A DNA stretch of 64,000 bases, from IMG/VR virus record IMGVR_UViG_3300022902_000004, positions 126,268 to 190,267 of that record; one strand, 5' to 3'. A program made the position numbers and the translations under genes. This document shows, one piece after another, positions 10,401 to 19,341 of this stretch (position 1 is the stretch's first letter; every line of letters starts with the position of its first letter). Source of the stretch: a virus. The notes under the pieces are model-generated. The model saw only the letters and a program-made list of their open reading frames with translations. It had not been told where the DNA came from and did no database searches.

Positions 10401-10533
10401 CGAAAGCAGGACCTCGTACTGACGTTCCTACAACACCTGCAGGAATTCCAGAGGGAGAAACCTGTGTGGGTCCTGAAAGGTCAATTTCATTCGCCACTAC
10501 GCCCGGACTAACTGGAAAAGTGAATTCTGCCAT
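7450..10533 (-). CDS. contractile tail sheath protein, paralog 1 (gp18-like, ~1027 aa)
   Basis: N-terminus SPGVVANEIDLSG...GVVGTS.RGPAFVPV and C-terminus FGQKTLLAAQSALDRVNVRRLLIDIRRKV match conserved sheath N- and C-domains. Roughly 50% identical to the adjacent paralog in those domains. Confidence 0.85.
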   Translation of the reverse strand: MAEFTFPVSPGVVANEIDLSGPTQVSPSGIPAGVVGTSVRGPAFVPVTMATFQDFISTFGNSDGTKFGPIAMREWLRNADSGVFVRVLGAGDGSARLSTGNNQGKVTNAGFVVGDRLVQSNGLVGDNSYSGAENLPGGALGRSYMLAAIMSESNGSTYLSDAGIQKNVNATPILRGMLMAPSGVIPALSHSLDLAGNMAPAANEAAYPSFGGSGVGNAGGNIGSVDVSNSKQEFVLLFNGHKNNATYKNVVTASFDPSVPNYFVNVLNTDPLKIEDAGHYLYTHYDIDPALAVATGTSVINPTVWFTNLEPVALLLTSTLNRDVGSATSATTVGVPNFENFEDRFEAAFSPFVVSQKFGGANKDLFRLTTLSDGLIGAGEVKVTIENIAASSKANNKYGTFDVLIRRFTDNDLNPAVLESFRGLSLDPSSDNYIAKRIGDQRTYFDFEAATGNQKIVVEGDYPSVSNYVRVTLSSDLKNDRLDPTALPTGFRGIHHLITSGTTIAGTAGSILTGSFATLRGSMSASISSDLLKRVVQPPIPMRESISTGASPKKNVQQSFTWGIQFETKTSVSLPNKNEKLDASLLSFTRYYPKFHTSWQNPLVGDNAGAADVGGTIFDADRFNNNFFSLERVQVITGSNDRPDPQQWAAASYRRNGTQASSLDDRDGTSKTNVRFLDSTKDFAHIPSQKYLKFTFPLQGGYDGTNVFDSEKSKFTDTAVRREMDDSTLQGGKNGPTVAALRKAVDVMEAKQDVDIQLLAIPGLRHSSVTDYAIESVERRFDALYVMDIEEKDEVNTFVTSSAQVISVTNTVNAFQSRALDSSFAAAYFPDVVIQDVATKTNVKAPSSAVVLGAMALNDAIGHPWFAPAGFSRGALQSALYPTVELLQANRDALYSADVNPIIGDVQANSGVTVFGQKTLLAAQSALDRVNVRRLLIDIRRKVRDVARTFLFEPNQASTIASFEARVQPILAAVQSQGGLDRFKVKIDASTTTQADIENNTIRGKIFLQPTKSIEFVSLDFVVSNNI

Positions 10534-10559
10534 TTTATCTCCTACCTTTACGTATCGTC

Positions 10560-13500
10560 TTATTCAAAACTTACGCCATTGTTTGTAATAATGAAGTCAA
10601 CCGAGATGAACTCAATCGCTCGGGTGGGCTTCACTTTGATTTGACCACGAAGTTTGTTCTGGTCAATTTCCGCCTTTGTGTTATTGCTTTCATCACAAAT
10701 AACCTGGAATGCTTCGATTCCCTGTCGGGCTTGAACGTATGTCAGCTCACGGATTGAATCAGCAGAGAACTTCTTTCGAGTTGTCGCATCATTCTGTTCG
10801 AATGCAAGACCTTGCGCGATAGAACGAATCCTTCGCTTTACGTCAATCAACATCCTTCTTGTGTTGATTCTGTTTAGTGCCGTTTGTGCAACCTGTAGCG
10901 TTTTCTGGCCGAAGATTACGTAGCCTGATCGTGGGAACGTTGCGATTGGGTTGATTTTAGCATCGTATAGAGAATCCCTATCCTTTGCTGACAACCTATT
11001 CTCAACGTTTTTCACGAAGCCTAGCGCTCCACGGTTGAAGCCTGCCGGAGCAAACCAAACCTGCTGGACACGGTCGTTGAAACCTAGTGCGCCCATTGCG
11101 GCAACAGACGGTGGAACCTGAACGACCCGGTTATTCACCTTGTCCTCGATTGTAACATCTGGGAAGTATGTCGCGACGTAGTTGTTATCAATCGCACGTG
11201 TTTCGAACTGGTCAATTGTCTTTGTGACATCAGAATTTGCTTCAGAGTCGTCGTACAATCGGTTCGAGCTCTTGTCGAATTCCACAGCATCCATAACATA
11301 CAATGCAAGACCGTATTTCTTGACCGCATCTGAAGCATGGTCGGTTACGAATGGCTCTCTCACACCAGGGATTGCCAACAGGTTGATCCTTGATGAGATT
11401 GGGTTTGTGATGATGTCCACAGCGGTTCGAATCGATGCAACATTGTTGTTGAGTCGTCCGCCGCCCGCCTGGTTAGCAGTTCCGATTAGTGCAAGACCAA
11501 TTCTGTCTGCGGCTCCGGGTGTTGGTTGTGCTTTACCGCCTGTGTCAGATGACAATGCTTTGTCACGGAAGTATCCTTGGTCTTCATCAAGGATGTTCGT
11601 TCCGTCAAATCCACCGTAGAACACGTTTGTGAACTTGTGGTACTCGGTGAAGCGATTGAACAGTGCCGATGATGTTGCGATCAACGACGCCATGGTGATT
11701 CGTCCTGTCCGTGCACCGTCAGTAACGGTGTATGTGGATGGGTTCGGACGACCATTTCGTACGTATGCAGCTTGGAGCATGTGCTCTCGGGCTGTGCCGG
11801 TGACTTGCGTCGTGACATCAGAAAGCTGTGTTGCGGCATTATATAGGGCCACTCGTGCCAAGGTGAATTTGTTATCGTTGAAGAAGTCTGCACCGGAACC
11901 GGTTACCAAACTGTCCATCTTCGAGATACCCTGGAACTTCGTGTATGTTCTAACAAGTGGGTTGATTCCTGCACCTTCATTTGAACGAAGGACCGCATCA
12001 GTGATACCGAGTGTCGAATCGTTGCTTGATGAAACAGGCAGCGGATCAGTTTTGACGCCCCAGTATAGTCGACCGTCAACACGTTCTGTGCTGCCAGGAT
12101 CGCCTAGGAATGTTGGGCTTATACCCTGGACTGCACCCTTCGTCACTTTCACTCGGAAAGGAAGAGGAGGTACGATAGAACCGGTGGTGGCCATAACTGA
12201 TGTGCCTGATGTATGGTAAACACCAAGGCGACGCCTTGTTACATCACCAATTGTTTCTCCGTTGAGACCTGTAAGTGCCGTTGAGCTATCAGTCAGCGTA
12301 TCAGTCGTCTTGATGACCGGAACTCCCCGGAAACCGAATGGCAACGAAGTTTTTGGAACCTTCTCCAACTCAACCTGCTCATTCATTACGATCCGAACAC
12401 GCTGCGAAACGTTCGGGTATTTTCCTGTTACAACTAGGCGGCGCTCATCTGGTGATTCCTGGTCCCAATCAAATCGAACCTTTTTGTCGCCAATGAGGCG
12501 TGCAACGTATCGCTCAGAGTTCGGGCCAAGTGAGCAGTTCGGGTACCTTTCCAGAATTGCTGAATTGCCGTCGCTGTCCTCGAATGATCTGATTTGCACC
12601 TCGAACAAACCGTATGGTTGTTTTTCGTTTGTGCTTGCTCGCAGACCTGCAATCGAAACCTTGAATTTTTCGTTGGCGTAAACACCATCGTCAATTGTTT
12701 CAAAACTGAACAAGTCATACTCAGCATCACCATATGGCTGTGAGATGAAATTCGTTGTTCGTGGAGTCTGGTATCGTGTATCATATCGACCGAATAGCTG
12801 CATAAACCCGACCGGAGTTCCGGCGGATGTGCTTTTGTTCGCTGAACCTGAAACCAACGCGACAGTTGGTACAACACTTGAAATCACAGGAGCAAGTGCA
12901 TGCTCGACTGCGAAATCGAGGTAAAGCAGATGCTCTTCCTCTTGGAACTTGAGTGGATCTGTGTTCAGGACCTTGCCGATGTAGTTCGCGTCGTGGGGAT
13001 CGAGTGAGGCGGTCAGAATTTTGATTCCGTCATAGCCTTCATCATACGCCCAGTCTTTTCCAGACGAAGAGCTAAGAATCAGTTTGAAATATTTGTTTTG
13101 TGTCAATGGGCTGGATGGAATTGAACCGACGAGTGCCGAGTTGTACCCGGGCGCAGACTGATCAGCGTAGGTTCCTGTATTGTCTAGCGCCATCATTCTT
13201 GTGCCAGTGGCGAGCAAAACTGCGCCCCGGACGAGGTTCATAGACGATGCATTGTTGATGCTGCTATTGTCAGTAAACATCGGGTAGCCATTTGTTTCAT
13301 CGTTTGCAACAGCATCATGCCGCGCGACGATGAACTGGACAAGCCCTTGACTGCCAGGCAAATCAGTATTCAACGAATCGCTGCCTGTAATTCTAAATCC
13401 TGCATTCTTGACAATTCCTGACCCGCGGGTGTTTGAAATATCGGTCGCAGTCTCATTTGCACCGGCACCGAGTAATCTCACATATGTAAGTGCTGTCCTA

Positions 13501-13727
13501 TTGTCAAGCCACTGCTTAACAGCATATGGACCAAACCGCTTTGCGTTGAGTGTTCCAAATTTTGTTTCGAAATCAGCGAAAGATCCGACAGTAACCGGAA
13601 CGAATGCCGGTCCTTTCTCAGATGTGCCGACAACACCGGCTGGCACACCCGTTGGCGCAACCTGCTGACCTGATAGGTCTATTTCCTGGTCGAAAAATCC
13701 AGGAGATCGAAATGTTTGCTCAGCCAT
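10560..13727 (-). CDS. contractile tail sheath protein, paralog 2 (gp18-like, ~1055 aa)
   Basis: N-terminus SPGFFDQEIDLSG...GVVGTSEKGPAFVPV, C-terminus FGQKTLQVAQTALNRINTRRMLIDVKRRIR. SD AAGGAGAAAAC. Collinear homology with paralog 1 throughout. Confidence 0.85.
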   Translation of the reverse strand: MAEQTFRSPGFFDQEIDLSGQQVAPTGVPAGVVGTSEKGPAFVPVTVGSFADFETKFGTLNAKRFGPYAVKQWLDNRTALTYVRLLGAGANETATDISNTRGSGIVKNAGFRITGSDSLNTDLPGSQGLVQFIVARHDAVANDETNGYPMFTDNSSINNASSMNLVRGAVLLATGTRMMALDNTGTYADQSAPGYNSALVGSIPSSPLTQNKYFKLILSSSSGKDWAYDEGYDGIKILTASLDPHDANYIGKVLNTDPLKFQEEEHLLYLDFAVEHALAPVISSVVPTVALVSGSANKSTSAGTPVGFMQLFGRYDTRYQTPRTTNFISQPYGDAEYDLFSFETIDDGVYANEKFKVSIAGLRASTNEKQPYGLFEVQIRSFEDSDGNSAILERYPNCSLGPNSERYVARLIGDKKVRFDWDQESPDERRLVVTGKYPNVSQRVRIVMNEQVELEKVPKTSLPFGFRGVPVIKTTDTLTDSSTALTGLNGETIGDVTRRRLGVYHTSGTSVMATTGSIVPPLPFRVKVTKGAVQGISPTFLGDPGSTERVDGRLYWGVKTDPLPVSSSNDSTLGITDAVLRSNEGAGINPLVRTYTKFQGISKMDSLVTGSGADFFNDNKFTLARVALYNAATQLSDVTTQVTGTAREHMLQAAYVRNGRPNPSTYTVTDGARTGRITMASLIATSSALFNRFTEYHKFTNVFYGGFDGTNILDEDQGYFRDKALSSDTGGKAQPTPGAADRIGLALIGTANQAGGGRLNNNVASIRTAVDIITNPISSRINLLAIPGVREPFVTDHASDAVKKYGLALYVMDAVEFDKSSNRLYDDSEANSDVTKTIDQFETRAIDNNYVATYFPDVTIEDKVNNRVVQVPPSVAAMGALGFNDRVQQVWFAPAGFNRGALGFVKNVENRLSAKDRDSLYDAKINPIATFPRSGYVIFGQKTLQVAQTALNRINTRRMLIDVKRRIRSIAQGLAFEQNDATTRKKFSADSIRELTYVQARQGIEAFQVICDESNNTKAEIDQNKLRGQIKVKPTRAIEFISVDFIITNNGVSFE

Positions 13728-13808
13728 GTTTTCTCCTTAGCTTCAAATGTTCAAGAAGCGTCCATTGTAAGTATCCTCGAGAATGCAAAAATCAAATATT
13801 TCATGCAA

Positions 13809-15086
13809 CTAAAAAATCTCGCGATAAATAGTTTCGCCACTTCTATTTGTCCTCGTTTTGACAACATTGTACCGGCGGGTTGTTTTCCCGGTGAACGGAT
13901 CAACAAATGACTCAACAGTACGCACGTTCACATCGTTCACGGCACCGCCGATCATCGCAGATTCATCTCTGTCATGTGACTTTGCATTCAGGTTTTTCGA
14001 ATTATTGTACGTCACCGACTCTTGGCCGGCAACAGCCCCACCTGGCAATGGCGCAAACAATTGCCGCGAGTCATCCAGCACATAGTCACCGGGATCACCA
14101 CTTGGTGAACCAACAACAACATCATCAACGATCTGTACGGATGTCATGTCCATTTCAAATGATATTTGAGGCTGCGACAGAATCGACCGAAGACGATTCG
14201 GGGCGCCGGGGTATGTTTCCCCTAGCAAAAAACCTGGCACTTTCATTGTGAACGACGTGCGAACAATCCGTTCGTCATCTGTGAAATCATCAAAATTGTT
14301 TGCTGGATCGAATGATGAATCCATGTAGGCGACGTATGAATATCCCTTTGCTGATTCAATTCTGAACGTCCTTTGCGCATAATTTTGTGCATTTGTCATG
14401 ATTGCCATTACAATGTCATTCATCTGTATCACATATTGCGCCCAAATTGTAATATCATATGTTGCAGTGATAAAAGTAGGAGGTGGCATCTCAATCACTT
14501 CAAAAATATTGTTGTCTAGTTTCGGGGTGAGCAGGTTTCCAGATCTTACGTTGTCTGATAGCTCGTATTCGCCCCGGCGAGAAGCAACACGACCCGGGCT
14601 CGCGCCTTTTAGTGGAGCTTCTGTTCCATCGTTCATGAATGCTTCGCCGGTTGCCAAATCATCAGAGTTCTTGAGACCTGTCTTGTTTAGTAAACGCTGA
14701 TACCTGGGATCTTTTTTCGATAGGCGTTTCTTAATGATATGCGGAACTGTGGTATTTGATGCCATACCCATTTCATTATCTTGCGTTACGTTTGTACGCA
14801 TTATTGAAATGATGGGCAATATCAGGGCGCCAGCTTTGTCGCGGAGGGGCTTCTTTCTGGCTATTAATGCAAACCTCTCGCCAGATGCAAACACAATCGG
14901 TATTTTTTTCGGTTCTTTTTTATATGAATATGTTAGTGGAAGATCTTTATCGAACAAATTGAACAACGCACGATCGATGTCCTCAATCGTGCTGCTTGGG
15001 AGCTCTAGGTTGATGCCTGACGTATTGTCGCCGGCTGCAGGTGGATTACCACCTCTGTTGGCTTCGAGTTGTTCGCGTGTTGACAT
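13809..15086 (-). CDS. hypothetical structural protein (neck/tail-completion module position upstream of sheath)
   Basis: 425-aa ORF immediately upstream of the sheath genes, tightly packed in the same operon. No diagnostic motifs. Confidence 0.5.
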   Translation of the reverse strand: MSTREQLEANRGGNPPAAGDNTSGINLELPSSTIEDIDRALFNLFDKDLPLTYSYKKEPKKIPIVFASGERFALIARKKPLRDKAGALILPIISIMRTNVTQDNEMGMASNTTVPHIIKKRLSKKDPRYQRLLNKTGLKNSDDLATGEAFMNDGTEAPLKGASPGRVASRRGEYELSDNVRSGNLLTPKLDNNIFEVIEMPPPTFITATYDITIWAQYVIQMNDIVMAIMTNAQNYAQRTFRIESAKGYSYVAYMDSSFDPANNFDDFTDDERIVRTSFTMKVPGFLLGETYPGAPNRLRSILSQPQISFEMDMTSVQIVDDVVVGSPSGDPGDYVLDDSRQLFAPLPGGAVAGQESVTYNNSKNLNAKSHDRDESAMIGGAVNDVNVRTVESFVDPFTGKTTRRYNVVKTRTNRSGETIYREIF

Positions 15087-15088
15087 AG

Positions 15089-15754
15089 TTAACTTTCGTC
15101 GTAAAATGAAGATCCTGCGTCTGTTTCATCGCCCTTCGATGAAACCTCGGCTGGTCCTGAAATTGGCGCTGTTAGAACACCTTTTTGTTGCAGCGATCGA
15201 ATATCATCTGTCGCCCCGAGTCTGTTCTCCTCGAAACCTCGTTGCTGGACAAATGTATCCTGCACTGCATCCGGATCGGTGTACTCTTCGAACGTTGGGC
15301 CGTGCGGTGTCTGTGACATCTGGCCTTTTCTTGCCTGACGACCCATCAATTTCACGCCCATGACATGTTCAATTTGCCCATAAATTGAGTTATCGTACTG
15401 GTGCTGTATTACCTCAAAGAACGTCACATCGTATGAAAAGTAATCGCCAATTTTCGTTTCAATCCCACGATCTAGTAAGTCCCTGTAATGCAGATATACC
15501 TCAATCGTATAAAACTCTTCGATTCCGTAGCGGTTGATTCTGTTCTCATCAGGTTTGTAGTCGACTCGCGCCTCGATCTCAATTGGCGGATCGAATACTT
15601 TGCTTGGAGATTCTTCATACACATCATGGATTTTCATGATGTCAGGTCTGACAGGATAATAATAAATCTTCTGCCCTACAACATCCTTGATAAGCTCTTT
15701 GTTCACATCGTTGATGTAATCTATTTCTCGCGGCGATAAAAATAACCTTGCCAT
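15089..15754 (-). CDS. hypothetical structural protein (tail completion module position)
   Basis: 221-aa ORF, 2-nt gap to the downstream gene. Same operon. Confidence 0.5.
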   Translation of the reverse strand: MARLFLSPREIDYINDVNKELIKDVVGQKIYYYPVRPDIMKIHDVYEESPSKVFDPPIEIEARVDYKPDENRINRYGIEEFYTIEVYLHYRDLLDRGIETKIGDYFSYDVTFFEVIQHQYDNSIYGQIEHVMGVKLMGRQARKGQMSQTPHGPTFEEYTDPDAVQDTFVQQRGFEENRLGATDDIRSLQQKGVLTAPISGPAEVSSKGDETDAGSSFYDES

Positions 15755-15758
15755 GATG

Positions 15759-16928
15759 TTATCCTATGAAAATCGCGCGCCCATTTGGAGTTGGGATGCT
15801 TCGTAATATTTTTTGTAGACTCTCGACCGCAGCAGCTTCTACTTCGACAAGTTTCTCGTATGTAGTTGACTCTAGCATTTCTCGCAATGATGTCACCAAT
15901 TTCTCTTTGTCTTCTCGGCCATGCGTCAGCAATTCCTGCCCATTGAGACTAAGATCGCCGCCTGGAATTGGGACAGATGCGAACTTTGTTCGAATCCAAC
16001 CGAGTAGCTCCATCGCAAGTGCCATGGCATATTGTCTGACCCACTGACGGCCGATGGAGTTGATTTTCGAGAATTGAATGTTTCCAAACGGAATGTTTGA
16101 CAGGTTTGAAACGCCGTAAATTGACGGATCATTAATGTCTGGATCCGTCGGATCAGGCTCAAACATTACCCTCATCCACAACTTCTGTGGATCGTATGAC
16201 GATGGCACTGGAAATATTCGAATGTTTTGGCCAACAATTTTGTACGTGTAGTTTGACCGCCTAACCCTGTTCGACAAATCAAGCATTCCGCCACGCAAGA
16301 TGTCCTCAAATACAGGTAGCACGTAAAAAACTGTTTCTGGTGTGAAAGACTCGAACGAGAACTCGTTTGCAAGATAATTCGTTGCAGATGACTGGTTGAA
16401 AAAACGATATGCAGCGTGAGGATTGAAATGAAACACTTCCATGATTTTCATTTTGCCTCCAGTTTTATTGAGGCTAGAATCGACGAGTGGGTCGCCGGCG
16501 GCATCGTTTAGCGTTTCATAGATGTTGTAGTCTTGTTGGCCTTTCACTAATGTGATTGAGCCTGAGGCTGCATTGTATGAGCCACCCAAACCCGCCTGCA
16601 TCGCATACGGCTCTGCTTTCCTGAGAAAGAACTCTAGAGTCTCGCGTGAATATTTCTGCTCTTGGCCTTCTAGCGATCCTGTAGCGACGCCCAAGAAGTT
16701 TGCCAGTTGGCTCTTGGCTTGGTACTCATTTACAATTTTTCCGTATTCGAAGAGCGACTCTTCAAGGCACATCCAAATCATCTTTTTCGTTAACTCGACG
16801 CTAAGAACATCATCGCCGAGCTTTCGCTTGACAAACAGAACGAGACTGTCTGCTTCACTTTGAAATGCTAAGTCAGAATCAAAAATGCCATACGGTGTTG
16901 GGTTTAGTGTATTTAGAAAACTCGCCAT
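15759..16928 (-). CDS. hypothetical structural protein (neck/tail module position)
   Basis: 389-aa ORF. SD AGGTGAGG before ATG. First gene of the long operon running through sheath and tube. Confidence 0.5.
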   Translation of the reverse strand: MASFLNTLNPTPYGIFDSDLAFQSEADSLVLFVKRKLGDDVLSVELTKKMIWMCLEESLFEYGKIVNEYQAKSQLANFLGVATGSLEGQEQKYSRETLEFFLRKAEPYAMQAGLGGSYNAASGSITLVKGQQDYNIYETLNDAAGDPLVDSSLNKTGGKMKIMEVFHFNPHAAYRFFNQSSATNYLANEFSFESFTPETVFYVLPVFEDILRGGMLDLSNRVRRSNYTYKIVGQNIRIFPVPSSYDPQKLWMRVMFEPDPTDPDINDPSIYGVSNLSNIPFGNIQFSKINSIGRQWVRQYAMALAMELLGWIRTKFASVPIPGGDLSLNGQELLTHGREDKEKLVTSLREMLESTTYEKLVEVEAAAVESLQKILRSIPTPNGRAIFIG

Positions 16929-16971
16929 AATTCGACCTCACCTATAAATATCAGTGAGGGGAGACGGCGAG

Positions 16972-17310
16972 CTAAAAAAGCTTCATTACTGCCATGGCTC
17001 CTGCCATTATAACTTGTATGACTGCGAAGGCAGTAACTGCTCTGACCATGAATATTTCGTGCTTATTTACTTTTTCGACGAGTGTCTTGAGTTGAGCTGG
17101 CGACGCGACTTCGTCGATCTTGTCTTTCCATGCCTTGAGTTCATCGATTTTCGATTCTCTGGCCGACAGTGTCGCAAAACTCAGTTTTAGCGCTTTCATT
17201 TCCTCAGACAGCCCGTCGATTCCAGTCGCTAAAGTTTCTAATTCCTTTAGCACAAGCTTAGAATATTCGTTCCAGTTACTTTGGTCTTTTTCTTCGGCCA
17301 TGTTACACAA
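16972..17310 (-). CDS. coiled-coil protein with C-terminal transmembrane anchor
   Basis: Probable start at MAEEKDQ. Heptad-like charged N-terminus. C-terminal hydrophobic stretch AVTAFAVIQVIMAGAMAVM. Confidence 0.4.
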   Translation of the reverse strand: MCNMAEEKDQSNWNEYSKLVLKELETLATGIDGLSEEMKALKLSFATLSARESKIDELKAWKDKIDEVASPAQLKTLVEKVNKHEIFMVRAVTAFAVIQVIMAGAMAVMKLF

Positions 17311-17548
17311 CCTGTTGTGTTGTGATCTGTTCTATTCTGTCTATTTTCTCTGTTGCTGTTTCAGCAAGCACTAAAACGTCCATGATCCTATCGTATAGCT
17401 TCGCTTTTTGCAGATATTGATTTTCAAGTTCCGTGATCGTATCAATCATTTTGCGAAGGTGAGTGAACTGTCGTGCTGCTTTGAACTCACACCTGGGTTT
17501 GACTATTTTTTCTTGCATTGAATTGACTCTTGTGTTTTCTTTCAGCAT
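17303..17548 (-). CDS. hypothetical protein
   Basis: 81-aa ORF. 8-nt overlap with the downstream gene. Dominant strand. Confidence 0.35.
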   Translation of the reverse strand: MLKENTRVNSMQEKIVKPRCEFKAARQFTHLRKMIDTITELENQYLQKAKLYDRIMDVLVLAETATEKIDRIEQITTQQVV

Positions 17549-17605
17549 TAACTATAAGTATTGAGGAATTCGTAAAATAGTCAAAACCGTATCCGGTGGT
17601 GGTAT

Positions 17606-18013
17606 CTATTTTGAGCGAGTGAGATTATGCTTTTGTGCTAGCTCATTGCATAGTTTTTCTCGTTCGTGGTATGAAAAGTATTTCACGACAGTTCGGAGGT
17701 GCTCAGCATTCTCATCGACCATTTTTATAGCGATTGGGTGTGCTTCCGCATGTGAAAGAACGAAAAACTCGTTTGCCATAATATCTTCGCAGACCTCATG
17801 AATTTTCTTGTTGCGGACTTTCGGATCTGGTGCTGCTGGGGTTACGACCTTGGGAGTCACAACTTTAGGAGCGACAACAACAGGTTTTGGTGTTTCCGCT
17901 TTTACTACGACAGGCTTCGGAGCTGCTGGCTTCGGAGCAACTGCTTTGGGCGTTGTCTTTGTCGTTGTTGTTGATTTTGGTTTTGTATCTTTAGCCATGT
18001 GTTTCTTCTCCAT
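17606..18013 (-). CDS. Pro/Lys/Val-repeat (histone H1 tail-like) protein with C-terminal globular domain
   Basis: N-terminal PKPxxPKPVVV / PKVVTPKVVTP repeats, then a globular C-domain. More likely start is the second ATG (17998), which has SD GGAGAAG 8 nt upstream. TATAAATA lies about 54 nt upstream on the coding strand. Confidence 0.5.
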   Translation of the reverse strand: MEKKHMAKDTKPKSTTTTKTTPKAVAPKPAAPKPVVVKAETPKPVVVAPKVVTPKVVTPAAPDPKVRNKKIHEVCEDIMANEFFVLSHAEAHPIAIKMVDENAEHLRTVVKYFSYHEREKLCNELAQKHNLTRSK

Positions 18014-18064
18014 TGAAGTTCAAAAATAAATATCTTGCTGAGAGCGAAACGTATATTTATATGC

Positions 18065-18784
18065 ATGTCACGTAGCGATCAACAATTTGAAACATTCGTC
18101 CGGTCAGTCCTCAAAGAGATCCGGGATGAAAGAAAAGGAAGTCGTGTGCTCTATCGCATTGATAAACGACCTGTCCAGGTTAGGCCTGAGCGTCGAGGTG
18201 AGGGATGGAGCAGAGACTGGTTAGCAGGTCGGGAAGACGGCGGAATCTTTATGTCGACCAATCCGCGAGGTATTCGAGCCAACCATCACATTGTTGGTCA
18301 CGTTTATGCTTATCGCGTTCCTGAGTGGGCTATCGCTAAGAGCGGTGGCTTACATCGTTTCGACTGGGGAACTGAGGTTCTTATCAAAAATGACATCTGG
18401 GAAAAAATCAAACACACCGGGGAACTCAAATTTTTGGGTAAATCAATGTCAGACGATAAACTTGACATGGATGCTTGGTATGGTGATGGTTCAGCATGGG
18501 AAAGAAGGGAAGCTGATGATTTCAGAAGAAGACAGAACAAAGATCCTGCCGTAAAATTTGAGGTAGAGTTACGGCGCATGTTGGGTTCTGCAAAGGCTGC
18601 ACACCAAGATCCGGAGCATAGCCTGCTAGGCGTCCAGATGTTATCGTTGCGTGACAGGAGGCATCGCTTTTCGATTGTCAATCAGGCGATCAAAACGGAT
18701 CACCGATTCATTATACCAACAGAGTTGCCGGCATGGAAAACATTACGGGACATACTTCGAGATTCAATCGCTGAAGATTCTTAG
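18065..18784 (+). CDS. hypothetical protein, plus-strand; possible ADP-ribosyltransferase-like motif order (YR ... STN ... E)
   Basis: Starts MSRSDQQFETF (ATG 18065). Divergent from the 17606..18013 gene. Motifs LYRID, FMSTNPRG, GTEVLI. Speculative. Confidence 0.45.
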   Translation: MSRSDQQFETFVRSVLKEIRDERKGSRVLYRIDKRPVQVRPERRGEGWSRDWLAGREDGGIFMSTNPRGIRANHHIVGHVYAYRVPEWAIAKSGGLHRFDWGTEVLIKNDIWEKIKHTGELKFLGKSMSDDKLDMDAWYGDGSAWERREADDFRRRQNKDPAVKFEVELRRMLGSAKAAHQDPEHSLLGVQMLSLRDRRHRFSIVNQAIKTDHRFIIPTELPAWKTLRDILRDSIAEDS

Positions 18785-19287
18785 ATGATCCTGTCCATTC
18801 CTTTAATTCTAATCTCCGCAGTGGCTTCAAGATCGCATTTATCGCAACCCGTCATAAACACAACAACCTTGTTTCCCACTTCATCGCTGGCATAAACAGG
18901 AATCCCGTCTAAAGTCCCGATCACTGGCCATTCTGTTTTCGCCGTGCAGCAACTGCAATGATGGTATATTCCGCGAAACCAATGCGTTGCCTCAAGGACA
19001 TTTTGAATATCACGTGAAACAATGATTCCCGATGTCATCCCTGTTATACCGTTGTCTGTTATTTTCCGCCATGCGTCGTGGACAGCCTCGGCCAAAATCG
19101 AATACCACTCTGTCACAGTTCCATAAAACAATGGGCGTGCCTCCTCGTCGGCGCAATCCTCACCTGTCTCTTTTAAGACATACCTTCCCGGCATTCGATG
19201 CCAATATGTCACGTAGTCAGGCGGTCGGCTTCCATCAAGAATTTTGCGCATAACTGCTGGGTCTGGTGTCGGATATGGTTTTATCAT
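18781..19287 (-). CDS. hypothetical protein (Cys-rich: HHCSCC, CDKCD)
   Basis: 168-aa ORF. -10-like TATAAT and SD AGAGGTAAAATAA precede the ATG. Confidence 0.5.
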   Translation of the reverse strand: MIKPYPTPDPAVMRKILDGSRPPDYVTYWHRMPGRYVLKETGEDCADEEARPLFYGTVTEWYSILAEAVHDAWRKITDNGITGMTSGIIVSRDIQNVLEATHWFRGIYHHCSCCTAKTEWPVIGTLDGIPVYASDEVGNKVVVFMTGCDKCDLEATAEIRIKGMDRII

Positions 19288-19341
19288 TTATTTTACCTCT
19301 GTATGAAAATATTATACTATGATTCAAGAGGAAATAAAATT

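Noticed and set aside
13858-15363. Plus-strand ORFs overlapping the sheath-proximal structural genes (for example 13907..14251, 14734..15363)
   Set aside because: Fully embedded antisense in well-supported minus-strand genes. Typical shadow ORFs.
16943-16950. Exact T4 late promoter consensus TATAAATA on the plus strand (and one on the minus strand at about 18051..18058)
   Set aside because: Only single occurrences, and the plus-strand one faces antisense into minus-strand genes. Upstream regions of the structural genes (MCP, portal, sheath, tube) lack this motif, so it does not look like the late promoter of this phage. The 18051 copy is reported only as context for the PK-repeat gene.
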